A DNA stretch of 64,000 bases. It comes from Candidatus Latescibacterota bacterium. GTDB taxonomy: Bacteria > Latescibacterota > UBA2968 > UBA8231. Where the stretch lies: the NCBI GenBank assembly GCA_965204725.1, contig OZ242005.1, positions 1,472,001 to 1,536,000 of the forward strand, in the 5' to 3' direction. This document shows, piece by piece, positions 36,582 through 45,554 of this stretch (position 1 is the stretch's first letter; each line of letters begins with the position of its first letter). The notes below the pieces were generated by a model. That model did not search any database. It saw nothing but the letters and a program-made list of their open reading frames with translations, and was not told the DNA's origin. The translations under genes were made by a program, and so were the position numbers.

Positions 36582-38657
36582 ATGGTTCCAGAATTTGCCA
36601 AGGCGGTGCATGCCCCCCTATTCGAGCGGCACACTTGCTTTCTTGCAGGGCCGCTCGTAGCCGGGCAGCGGCAGGCCCTGATCGAACGGCTGCGGGTCTT
36701 GCTGGCCGCCGAGGTGCCCGGGTACGCGATCTTGGTGCTGTTGCCCGACCGGGCGACCGTGCAGTGCTTCCGCCAAGCCGTAGATCGGCTCGACGTAGGG
36801 CCGTACAGCACTGTTGATCTACAGACGTACTACGGGCTGGCGAGTCGGTTGGTGCGGCTGTTTTGGCCGCTGGTAGCGGGCCAGGCTGGCTTTGCCGCGC
36901 CGGAGCGGCCGCCGGTTTTCCTCAACTACGAGGCCGCCCAATACCTGATGGGGCAGGTGGTTGAGCCGCTGCTCGCCGAGGGCTATTTCGAGGGCCTGCA
37001 CCTGCGGCCCCAGCGCATTCTCTCCCAACTGCTCGACAACCTAAACAAGGCCGCCGTAGCGGATTTCGCGCTCGCCGAGGTGGCGCCGCGCCTGAGCCGC
37101 GCTTGGGCCGGGGCCGAGCAGCGGCTGCGCGTGCATGAGCAGGTGCAGACGTGCATCGAACGCTACCGCAGCCACTGCCTGCGGCACGAGTTGCTCGACG
37201 CCTCGCTGGTCTTTGAGGTGTGCAACCGCCACCTCATCGCGCACGAGGACTTCTGGCGCTACTTCACCGAGCGCTATCGCCATGTCTTGATCGACTCGGC
37301 CGAGGAACTGGTGCCGGTGGCCGGCGACTTGGTGGGGCGGCTCTTGCCGCAGTGCGACTCGGCCCTGTTGGGCGGGGACGCGCAGGCCGGCTTCCGCATC
37401 TTCTTGGGGGTGGACGCGCCGGGCGCGGCCCAGCTTCAGCAGCAGTGCGCGGAGACGATTGCCGTAGAGTCGGAAGCGTGTGCGGCCCGAGATATGGTGG
37501 CCTTTGCCGACCGCGTGGGCGCGAAGTTGGGCCAAGCCACCCCCGAGGCCTCGGGCGGGTCGCCGCGGCGGGCCGTGGCAGAGGTGGTGCAGACCCGCTA
37601 CCGAGGGCAGATGATCGAGGCCGTAGCCCAGCGGATCGTCCAGAAGATCGCCGAGGGCGTGGCCCCGGGCGAAATCGCAGTGGTGGCCCCCCACGCCGAT
37701 GGGGTGTTGCGCTTCCTCTTGGCTGAGACCTTTCGCGCCGCCGACATTCCCTTTGCCATTGTGCGGCGCTACGAGACATTGCGCGAGGAGCCGGTGGTGC
37801 GAGCTTGTCTGGCGCTGGCCGTGCTCGCCCATCCCGATTGGGGCCAGCGGCTCTCGCTCTTCGATTTGTCCGGGGCGTTCGAGCGGGCACTCAAGCCCCT
37901 CGACTGGCTGCGGGCCGAGCTAATGGCGCGGCACTTGTACGATCCGCGCTCGGGCCAGCTCAAACCGGCCAGCGAGTTAAATGCCGCGCTGAGCGAGCGG
38001 CTAGGCCGTGCGGCACTGGCTCGCTACGAGGCCCTACGCGCTTGGATTGAGGCGTATCGCCGCGGCGCGGCCGACCCTTGGGATCACTTTTTGCGCCGGC
38101 TCTTCGGGGAGGTGTTGTCGCACGCCGCGCTGGCGCCCGAAGACGCCGAGGTGTATAGCAAGCTGATCGCCTCGGCAGCCTCGTTCCGCGCGGTGGCCCC
38201 GGCGTTGGGGCTAGCAGGCGCGGCCATTGGTCAACGCTACGTCGAGATGATAGGGGCCGGGGTCGTCGCGGCCCAATACCTGACCGATGTCGATCTCGAC
38301 GAGGCCCCAGAATCCATTGCCCTCGTCGCGCCGGTCTATACCTATTTGCTCTCCGGCCACGTGGCGCGCTACCAGTTCTGGCTCGACATTGGCGCGGCCA
38401 CTTGGTGGGAGCCGCTGCACCAGCCCTTGACCAATCACTACGTGCTGACCCGACGCTGGAACCCAGAGGAGCGCTGGACTGATGCGGTGGATTACTCAAT
38501 TCGCAACCGCAACCTCTATCGCTTGGTGCGGGGCCTGTGCCTGCGCTGCCGCGACGGGATTTATCTCTGTACCAGCGAGTCGGAAGCCCGGGGTGCGGCG
38601 CAGGACGGGCCGCTGATGATGGCGGTGCAACAGGTCTTGCAGGAGGAGCGGGGGTGA
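36582..38657 (+). CDS. Degenerate UvrD-like helicase partner protein
   Basis: Walker A-like GPLVAGQR lacks GKT; Walker B-like HVLIDSAEE; GEIAVVAP motif; coupled to the next helicase gene. Confidence 0.65.
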   Translation: MVPEFAKAVHAPLFERHTCFLAGPLVAGQRQALIERLRVLLAAEVPGYAILVLLPDRATVQCFRQAVDRLDVGPYSTVDLQTYYGLASRLVRLFWPLVAGQAGFAAPERPPVFLNYEAAQYLMGQVVEPLLAEGYFEGLHLRPQRILSQLLDNLNKAAVADFALAEVAPRLSRAWAGAEQRLRVHEQVQTCIERYRSHCLRHELLDASLVFEVCNRHLIAHEDFWRYFTERYRHVLIDSAEELVPVAGDLVGRLLPQCDSALLGGDAQAGFRIFLGVDAPGAAQLQQQCAETIAVESEACAARDMVAFADRVGAKLGQATPEASGGSPRRAVAEVVQTRYRGQMIEAVAQRIVQKIAEGVAPGEIAVVAPHADGVLRFLLAETFRAADIPFAIVRRYETLREEPVVRACLALAVLAHPDWGQRLSLFDLSGAFERALKPLDWLRAELMARHLYDPRSGQLKPASELNAALSERLGRAALARYEALRAWIEAYRRGAADPWDHFLRRLFGEVLSHAALAPEDAEVYSKLIASAASFRAVAPALGLAGAAIGQRYVEMIGAGVVAAQYLTDVDLDEAPESIALVAPVYTYLLSGHVARYQFWLDIGAATWWEPLHQPLTNHYVLTRRWNPEERWTDAVDYSIRNRNLYRLVRGLCLRCRDGIYLCTSESEARGAAQDGPLMMAVQQVLQEERG

Positions 38658-40870
38658 GGTTTGAGCCGCGCGCCGGCCAGCGCGAAATTTTGGCCTATCG
38701 CGGCGGCCTGCTGGGCGTGTCGGCCGTGCCCGGCAGCGGCAAGACGGCGACGATTGTGGCCTTGGCGACTCGGCTGATCGCCGAACGAGCCACCGCCGGG
38801 GGGCAGGTGCTGATTGTGACCTACCAAAACGCGGCCGTTGACCACATCCGCGCCCAGATCGGCCAGCGCCTACAAGCACTGGACATGCTCCAAGTGGGGT
38901 ACGACGTGCGGACCTTGCACAGCTTGGCCTACGGCATCGTCCAAGCCAATCCCGGGCTGGTGGGAGCCGCGGCCGAATTTGTGGTCCTCGACGAGCGCGC
39001 CAGCGACAGCTTGCTCGACAAGGCGGTGCGGGCTTGGAGCGACGACAACAAGGGGGTGTGGGGCCGATTGGGGCCGGGGGAATACGTGGATCAGCAGTGG
39101 GAGCAGGAGTGGCGCGCCATTGCGCGGAAAGTGGCGCGCACGGTCATCACCACCGCGAAAAACCGCCGGCTGCGGGCCGACGACCTCCTAGCGCGGCTGG
39201 GCGGCCGGGAGGACGGCGACCCGTTTTTGCGGATCGGCGCGGAAATCTACCGGCTCTATCAGCAGCAAGTCGAGACCATTGGCGGCCTCGATTTCGACGA
39301 TTTGGTGTGGATGGCCGTAGAGCTGTTGCAGCAGCACCCGGATTTGGGCGACCGCTACCGGCGGCGTTGGCCCTTTGTCTTGGAGGACGAGGCGCAAGAC
39401 AGCGTCCCCTTGCAGGAGGAGCTCATCGCGCTGTTGGTGGGGCCGAGCGGCAATTGGATCCGGGTCGGCGATCCCAATCAGGCGATTATGAGCACCTTTA
39501 CGGCGGCCGATCCCGGGTATTTGCGCCGCTTCTTGGATCGCGCAGACGTGGCGGTCGCGGAGATGACGATCTCCGGTCGCTGCGCCCCCCAGATCATGGA
39601 TTTGGCCAATTTTTTAGTTGAGTGGGCCGCGGTTGAACACCCGCTGGCCGAGGTGCGCCAGCGCGCTTTCCGGCCCCAGCAGATGCAGCCCACCGACCCC
39701 AGCGATCCCCAGCAAAACCCCGCGGACGCCGACAGCGCGATAGGGTTCCGCGAATACAACAACCGCCACGATGAGTTCGACAGCATCACGCGCCGGGCCA
39801 AGGGCTTTGCCGAGTGCCATCCCAACTTGACGGTGGCGGTGCTCGTGCCGACCAACCGCATCGGCTACGATCTGGCCGAGCGCTTGCGCCAAGCCGGAGC
39901 CGACTTCGATGAGGTGCTGCAAAGCCCGCGCTCGGCGCGGCGGGTGGGCGAGGCCCTCTGCGCGGTGCTCGGCTTTCTGGCCGAGCCTTTGCAGCGCAAT
40001 CAGTTGGAGCGCTCGTACCGCGCCTTGGTTGGCTTTTGGCCCGGGCCGAGTGGGCCGGGGAACGAGGAGGCGGTGGCCATGCTGTTGCGCAGTTGCTATC
40101 GGCCCGAAGCCCTGCTCTACCCGGAGGCCGGCCAGCGCATGGAAGCGGCCCTGCCGCCGCTGGACCGCATTGAGCCGCAGGATTTGGAAGCCATCGCCCT
40201 GCTGTGCGGCTATCTGCGGCGCTGGCTGCGGGCGGTCGCGCTGCCCGTCGATCAACTCCTGATGACGGTGGCCCAAGATCTACTCGTAGAGGAAGGGGAT
40301 ATGGCGCGGGCGCAGCAGTTGGCGGTTTATGTGCGCACTCGCGCCGACCAAAATACGGATTGGCAGTTGCCCGAGTTGGTGCGCGAGTTGAGCGAAGCCG
40401 TGCAAGGCCGGGCGGGCGCGTTCGCCGAGCCAGAAGATGGAGTGGCGCCGCAGCCTGGGCGGATTTTTCTGACGACTATGCACAAGGCCAAGGGGATGGA
40501 GTGGGATCTGGTCTATGTCATGGGGGTTGACGGCGATTGGTTTCCCCACGACCTCGACGCGCGGTTTTTGGGCGAGTACGAGTTTTTGGGCGGCGATCCC
40601 TGCGAGGATGCGCGGGCCGAGCTATTGGACCTAATTGGCGAAATCGGCTCGAGCCGGCTGTCGGCCACCGAGCGTTCCCACGCCGAGGTAATCGCCGAGC
40701 GGCTGAGGCTGCTCTACGTGGCCATCACCCGGGCGCGGCGTTATTTGGTCTTGAGTTGGAGCCGCCAAATTCCGCGGGCTATGCGGACGCAGGCCGTGCC
40801 CATGGCCGAGGTGTTCGGCCAGTTGCAGCGCTATTGCGAGCTACAGAGCCGACCGCGAAATTCACAGTGA
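38654..40870 (+). CDS. UvrD/PcrA-family (SF1A) ATP-dependent DNA helicase
   Basis: AVPGSGKT, DFDDL, LEDEAQD, VGDPNQAI, TMHKAKGMEWD, LLYVAITRAR; GTG start at 38654 after AGGAGG. Confidence 0.92.
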   Translation: MRFEPRAGQREILAYRGGLLGVSAVPGSGKTATIVALATRLIAERATAGGQVLIVTYQNAAVDHIRAQIGQRLQALDMLQVGYDVRTLHSLAYGIVQANPGLVGAAAEFVVLDERASDSLLDKAVRAWSDDNKGVWGRLGPGEYVDQQWEQEWRAIARKVARTVITTAKNRRLRADDLLARLGGREDGDPFLRIGAEIYRLYQQQVETIGGLDFDDLVWMAVELLQQHPDLGDRYRRRWPFVLEDEAQDSVPLQEELIALLVGPSGNWIRVGDPNQAIMSTFTAADPGYLRRFLDRADVAVAEMTISGRCAPQIMDLANFLVEWAAVEHPLAEVRQRAFRPQQMQPTDPSDPQQNPADADSAIGFREYNNRHDEFDSITRRAKGFAECHPNLTVAVLVPTNRIGYDLAERLRQAGADFDEVLQSPRSARRVGEALCAVLGFLAEPLQRNQLERSYRALVGFWPGPSGPGNEEAVAMLLRSCYRPEALLYPEAGQRMEAALPPLDRIEPQDLEAIALLCGYLRRWLRAVALPVDQLLMTVAQDLLVEEGDMARAQQLAVYVRTRADQNTDWQLPELVRELSEAVQGRAGAFAEPEDGVAPQPGRIFLTTMHKAKGMEWDLVYVMGVDGDWFPHDLDARFLGEYEFLGGDPCEDARAELLDLIGEIGSSRLSATERSHAEVIAERLRLLYVAITRARRYLVLSWSRQIPRAMRTQAVPMAEVFGQLQRYCELQSRPRNSQ

Positions 40871-40901
40871 GGCCCGGTTTCTGCTTATTGAGGAGGCCAA
40901 G

Positions 40902-41516
40902 ATGGACAAGGTTTTTATCTATTGGGACGACTCCAACATTTTTATCAGTGCTCAGCAAGTGGCCATTGACCGCGAAGGCGAAGCCGTGCGCTCGCGGGTG
41001 CGGATTCACTTTCGGAATTTGCTGGAATTGGCGCGGGCCGGGCGAGAAATTGAGCATGCGGTCGCCGTTGGCTCCATTCCGCCGGAATTGCGGCACGTCT
41101 GGAATCGCTTGGAGAACGAAGGCGTCACCGTCCACTTGCTGGAACGCGGTGCCATGCAGGGGCGGGAACAGGGCGTGGACCAAGTGTTGCAAACCGCGAT
41201 GCTGCGCGATGGGGTCGATTACAACGGAGAGCCGGGTATTGCGGTGCTACTCACCGGGGACGGGGCGGGCTTTGACGATGGCGTCGGCTTTCATGCGGAC
41301 TTGGAGCGCATGCGGCGGCGCGGCTGGCGCATTGAAGTGGTGTCGTGGCGTCATAGCTGCAATCGCCGGATGCGGGAATGGGCCGAGGAGAACGGCCAAT
41401 TTATCGCGTTGGACGATTTCTACGACAGCGTAACTTTTCTCGAGCGGCCCGCCCCCGGCGAACCCGTTGCGGCCCCGCGCTACGCGGTCCCGGTTGACCT
41501 CAACCGACGCCGATGA
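40902..41516 (+). CDS. NYN (PIN-like) domain protein
   Basis: IYWDDSNIF, REQGVD, LLTGDG acidic motifs; GAGGAGG RBS. Confidence 0.8.
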   Translation: MDKVFIYWDDSNIFISAQQVAIDREGEAVRSRVRIHFRNLLELARAGREIEHAVAVGSIPPELRHVWNRLENEGVTVHLLERGAMQGREQGVDQVLQTAMLRDGVDYNGEPGIAVLLTGDGAGFDDGVGFHADLERMRRRGWRIEVVSWRHSCNRRMREWAEENGQFIALDDFYDSVTFLERPAPGEPVAAPRYAVPVDLNRRR

Positions 41517-41522
41517 TACCTA

Positions 41523-41729
41523 GTGAGGCCCAATATGGCCTTAGATGATCTGGACGCGAAAGCACCCCCGCCGATGCGGAAGATGACGCCGGAGGAGATC
41601 GCTGCGGAGAAGGCGTATTGGCTGGAGATTGGTCGCCAGTTGCGGGCGGAATATCCCTATGATGACGACCATCCACCGTCCAAAGTCTGGCAAGAGGAGC
41701 TATACGATGAGCAGGGGTTGCCGAAATGA
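41523..41729 (+). CDS. Small protein resembling the C-terminus of an Rv0623-like (VapB) antitoxin
   Basis: Ends in ELYDEQGLPK, similar to the YDExGLP tail of that family. Confidence 0.45.
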   Translation: MRPNMALDDLDAKAPPPMRKMTPEEIAAEKAYWLEIGRQLRAEYPYDDDHPPSKVWQEELYDEQGLPK

Positions 41730-41766
41730 TACTGACAAATTCATCCGCTAACATGAGGACGCGGGC

Positions 41767-42039
41767 ATGTGGAATATGAACGACGTAACGAGAATTCGTT
41801 ATAAGAAAGGCTACGTTTTTCACATTGAGTTCGACAACGGCGTAGCGGGAGACATTGACTTTGCCGAATACCTGAACAAAGGCCCGGTGTTCCTTCCTTT
41901 GCGGGACGAGGAGTTGTTTAGGCAGGCAACCATAGAAGGCGGCACCATCGCTTGGCCCAATGGGGCTGATGTCGCCCCTGAGACGCTATACTCGAACATC
42001 GTTCTCAATCGTTGCAAAAAGCAGGTCACGACGAACTGA
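41767..42039 (+). CDS. DUF2442 domain protein
   Basis: FDNG..GDID...GPVFLPL....F.....[17 protein letters not shown] signature. Confidence 0.85.
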   Translation: MWNMNDVTRIRYKKGYVFHIEFDNGVAGDIDFAEYLNKGPVFLPLRDEELFRQATIEGGTIAWPNGADVAPETLYSNIVLNRCKKQVTTN

Positions 42040-42092
42040 CGTTACGCAGCTTCCAGCGGAGAGCGTAACATTAGCTGCTAAGATCGGTGCCG

Positions 42093-42896
42093 ATGATACC
42101 TCACGGATTCAAGTTCAGCCAGAGCGGCCTGACGGCCTTTGAGCGCTGTCGGCGGCAGTTTCTGTTGCGCTATGTTGAGCGGTTGGCGTGGCCGGCGCCG
42201 CTGACCGACTCGCTCGACGAGTGGGAGGCTGCGGCCGACCGCGGGCGGGCGTTCCACCAGTTTGTGTTGCAGGAGAGCTTGGGCATGGATGTGGAGGACG
42301 TGGTGCAGCAAAGCGGCGATAGGCTGTTGGCCGCTTGGTGGCGCAACTGGCGCGAGCAGCCGCCGACCGCTCCGGCCGGGGCGGTGTTCGGAGAAACCAT
42401 GCTCTCCGTGCCCCTAGCCGGTCGGCGGCTCGTCGCCAAATTCGACCGCTTGGTATTAGCCGACGACGGCCGCGCTTGGATATTCGACTGGAAAACCGGC
42501 CGCAAAAAGCCAGCGCAAGCCGCATACACCCAAAGCTGGCAAACGCTGGTCTATCGTTTTGTCTTGGTCGAGGCCGGCGCGGTCTTGAACGGAGGCCGCG
42601 CGCCCGCGCCCGACGACGTGGTGTTGGTCTATTGGCACGCCCAGTACCCGCAGGCCCTACAGCCGATTGCCTATTCGGTCGCTGAGCACGAGCGGGCGCG
42701 GAGGCTCTTGTCGGAGGCGATCTCCGCCATCGAAGCCCTCCCAGACGCGAAGGCGTACGCCAAGACCGACGATGAGAGCGAGTGCCAACGCTGCGAATTT
42801 CACACCTATTGCAACCGGCCGGCCGTGCGGAGCGACGATTGGGACCTCGACGAGGATGAGCTGGACTGGGAGCAGATTCCCGAAGCAGAGCTTTGA
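42093..42896 (+). CDS. PD-(D/E)XK nuclease (RecB/AddB/Cas4-like) with four-Cys Fe-S staple
   Basis: FSQS.L..FERC; GRAFH; KFDRL; IFDWKTG; Q...Y; C-terminal CQRCEFHTYC. Confidence 0.85.
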   Translation: MIPHGFKFSQSGLTAFERCRRQFLLRYVERLAWPAPLTDSLDEWEAAADRGRAFHQFVLQESLGMDVEDVVQQSGDRLLAAWWRNWREQPPTAPAGAVFGETMLSVPLAGRRLVAKFDRLVLADDGRAWIFDWKTGRKKPAQAAYTQSWQTLVYRFVLVEAGAVLNGGRAPAPDDVVLVYWHAQYPQALQPIAYSVAEHERARRLLSEAISAIEALPDAKAYAKTDDESECQRCEFHTYCNRPAVRSDDWDLDEDELDWEQIPEAEL

Positions 42897-42902
42897 CGCG
42901 GG

Positions 42903-44384
42903 TCAGCCCTTGAGCGCGCCGAGCTGAATTCCGCGCACGAAGAACCGCTGGCCAAAGACAAAGAGCACGATCATCGGCAGCATCATCAGGACGCTTCCCG
43001 TCATCAAGAGCGAGTAGTTCGTCCCCTGCGAGGAATCAAAGTAGCGCAGGGCCACCGGCAGGACCCGCATGTGCTCGGAGTGGGTGACGATCAGCGGCCA
43101 TGTAAAGGACTGCCAAGTTCCCATAAAAGAGAAGATGGAGAGGGTAATCAGTGCCGGCTTGGACAGGGGCATGACGATGCTCCAGAAGGTTTTCCAGAGG
43201 TTGGCGCCGTCGATTTCAGCGGCCTCCTCCAGCCCCTTGGGCAGCCCGGTCATAAACTGGCGCATCATAAAAGTACCAAACGCCGTGAACATGGCCGGGA
43301 CGATGAGGGCTTGGAACGAGTCGAGCCAGCCGAGGCTTTTGAGGAGCACGTAGTTGGGCAGCAAGGTGACGATCCCGGGAACCATCAAGGTCGCCAAGTA
43401 GAGCAGGAAGACGGCGTCGCGGTAGCGCCATTCGAGGCGGGCAAAGGCAAAGCCGGCCATGGCCGACGTCACCACTTGGCCGACCATCACGCAGACGGCG
43501 ACGAAGAGGCTGTTCCAGCCGTAGAGCGAGAACTTGATGTCCTTGTCGCGCAAGACCCGGATGTAGTTGGACCACATAAAGCGCGGCTCGCTAATCTGCA
43601 ACACATCGCTGCCATACGCGATGCGGAGTTGGTCCTCTCCGGGGAAGCGCACGTAGAGAATGTCGCCCCCAGGCTTTTCCGTCAGGGGATCGTCGTCGCT
43701 GCGGAGCAGGGGAAAGGCCGAGCGAAAGGGAATGGTGTGGCCCTCGGCGTTGAGAATCGGCTCTTGCGCGTGGATGTCCAACACTGGGTCGCCGACGCGA
43801 TCCCAAGAAATATCGCGGTAGGTGTAGGTCGTGCCATCGGCGCGCAACAGGGGGGTGCCATCGGCGAGCGCGACCGAGGCCGGTGGCAGTTGCTCGGCCG
43901 TGCGCCAGCTCTGGCGCTGTTGCACGAGCCGCTTTTGCCACTTGTCGCGCAGGGCTTGGGTCAGCAGCAGCGGCTCCCCTGCGACGAGGACGGGCCGCCA
44001 GCGATTTTTGTACACGGCCAAGCCGCCGCGCTCTTCGACGTTTTTGCCGGGGATGGGCTGGCTGTCCGGGTCGTAGATCAGGCGGCCCTGCTGGTCGCGG
44101 ATCGGGTCGCCGGGCGCGCCGAGCATCACCGGGTTGCCCAAGGTGATGCGGATCGGGTCGCCTTGGGCGTTGAGCAGCGGCTGACCATCGCGGGTCTTGA
44201 GCAGGTCGCCTTCGTTGCCGAGGCGCACCTCCTGCGGCCATACATGGCTCTGAAAGACCTCGTTTTCGCTCTTGAGCGAGGTGAGCACCATCCACAGGAA
44301 CGGCACGAGCGTGGTAAAGCCAAAGAGGACGAGCAGCCCGTGGCTCAGCGAGTGGATCGCGGTGTGGTGCGCGACTTTGGCCAT
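42903..44384 (-). CDS. Carbohydrate ABC transporter permease (MalG-like) with large insertion
   Basis: LEEAAEIDGA EAA motif; WSNY; GFAFARL; QRFFVRGI. Confidence 0.9.
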   Translation of the reverse strand: MAKVAHHTAIHSLSHGLLVLFGFTTLVPFLWMVLTSLKSENEVFQSHVWPQEVRLGNEGDLLKTRDGQPLLNAQGDPIRITLGNPVMLGAPGDPIRDQQGRLIYDPDSQPIPGKNVEERGGLAVYKNRWRPVLVAGEPLLLTQALRDKWQKRLVQQRQSWRTAEQLPPASVALADGTPLLRADGTTYTYRDISWDRVGDPVLDIHAQEPILNAEGHTIPFRSAFPLLRSDDDPLTEKPGGDILYVRFPGEDQLRIAYGSDVLQISEPRFMWSNYIRVLRDKDIKFSLYGWNSLFVAVCVMVGQVVTSAMAGFAFARLEWRYRDAVFLLYLATLMVPGIVTLLPNYVLLKSLGWLDSFQALIVPAMFTAFGTFMMRQFMTGLPKGLEEAAEIDGANLWKTFWSIVMPLSKPALITLSIFSFMGTWQSFTWPLIVTHSEHMRVLPVALRYFDSSQGTNYSLLMTGSVLMMLPMIVLFVFGQRFFVRGIQLGALKG

Positions 44385-44396
44385 GCGCTTGGCCCC

Positions 44397-45554
44397 TTAG
44401 TTGACCGCGCCCCGACCGAAGCGCCAGTTGAACAGGGTGATGGTAAAGATGATGACGAACATAAACCAAGCCACGGCGGCCGCGTACCCGAACTCTAGGT
44501 TTTCAAAGGCCGAGCGGTAGATGTAGTAGCCGAGCGTTACGGTGTTGTCGCCGTCCTTGCCCGGGCCGCCGTTGGTCATCAGGTAAGCAATCTCAAAGCC
44601 TCCTTGCAGCCCGCCGATAATGGACATGACGCATATAAAAAAGGTAGTAGGGGCGATCATCGGCCACGTGATGTGCCAAAACTGCTGCCACTTGGAAGCC
44701 CCGTCGATGTCGGAGGCTTCGTATAGCTCCTCGGGCACGTTGGCGAGGGCCGCCAGATAGAGGATCATGTTGCCCCCGCCCATAGACGCCCAGATGCCCA
44801 TGAAGATGATGGCCGTTTTGGCCCAATAGGCCGCTTGCTCTAGGCCGAGCCAAGCCAGCCAGCCCAAATCGACGCTGCTCGAAAGCCAGTTGGGCAGGTC
44901 GTCGATGCTGTCGAGGCCAGACAGGAGGGCCAGCCGCCCGGACAGCCACGCCCACGGGCCGCCGTACTCGTATAGGCCGCTGACGATCCAGTAGAGTGCG
45001 GCGGCCGCAAGGAGGGCGAACAAGACTTGAGCCGAGCGCGCCGATGCGGCCTTGCGCGCCAGCGATTGCAGGACCCAGATCACCACCACGAGCGCCGCGC
45101 CGCGCACCACCAGCGAGAAATGAGGCCAAGACAGCACGGGCAATAAGATGGAGTTGACCAGCCCGTACTTGGGGTTGTAGAGCCACTTCCAGAGCAAGAA
45201 CAGCGCGACCCCATTGGTGACGGTGGGGAGGTAGAACACCGTGCGATAGACGATGATGCCGCGCAGCTTTTGCGACAGGACGATGGCCAACAGGAGCGAG
45301 CCGCCGATGGACAGGGGCAGGCCGATCATGAGAAAAACCGTGTTGTACAGGTAAAACCACAGCTTGGGGTCGGTCAGCAGCCGAATGAAGTTGTCGAAGC
45401 CAATGAAGCGGGGCGCGGAGAACGTGTCCCACTGAAAGAACGCGAGGCCAAAGGAGAACAGCACCGGCAGGGACGTGAAGATCAAAAACCCGGTCAGATT
45501 GGGCGCGAGGAAGAGCAGCGCCCAGCGCATAATTCTCTTTTCGCGGGGCTTCAA
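44397..45554 (-). CDS. Carbohydrate ABC transporter permease (MalF-like)
   Basis: LFLAPN; GFDNF; YRTVFYLP; ELYEASDIDGA. Confidence 0.92.
   Translation of the reverse strand: MKPREKRIMRWALLFLAPNLTGFLIFTSLPVLFSFGLAFFQWDTFSAPRFIGFDNFIRLLTDPKLWFYLYNTVFLMIGLPLSIGGSLLLAIVLSQKLRGIIVYRTVFYLPTVTNGVALFLLWKWLYNPKYGLVNSILLPVLSWPHFSLVVRGAALVVVIWVLQSLARKAASARSAQVLFALLAAAALYWIVSGLYEYGGPWAWLSGRLALLSGLDSIDDLPNWLSSSVDLGWLAWLGLEQAAYWAKTAIIFMGIWASMGGGNMILYLAALANVPEELYEASDIDGASKWQQFWHITWPMIAPTTFFICVMSIIGGLQGGFEIAYLMTNGGPGKDGDNTVTLGYYIYRSAFENLEFGYAAAVAWFMFVIIFTITLFNWRFGRGAVN

Noticed and set aside
42030-42080. Integron attC site after DUF2442
   Set aside because: A hairpin is present, but it lacks a clear RYYYAAC...GTTRRRY arrangement and there is no integrase.
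42093-42896. Cas4 or a CRISPR system
   Set aside because: No CRISPR repeat-spacer array or other cas genes; the context is a UvrD-like helicase pair.
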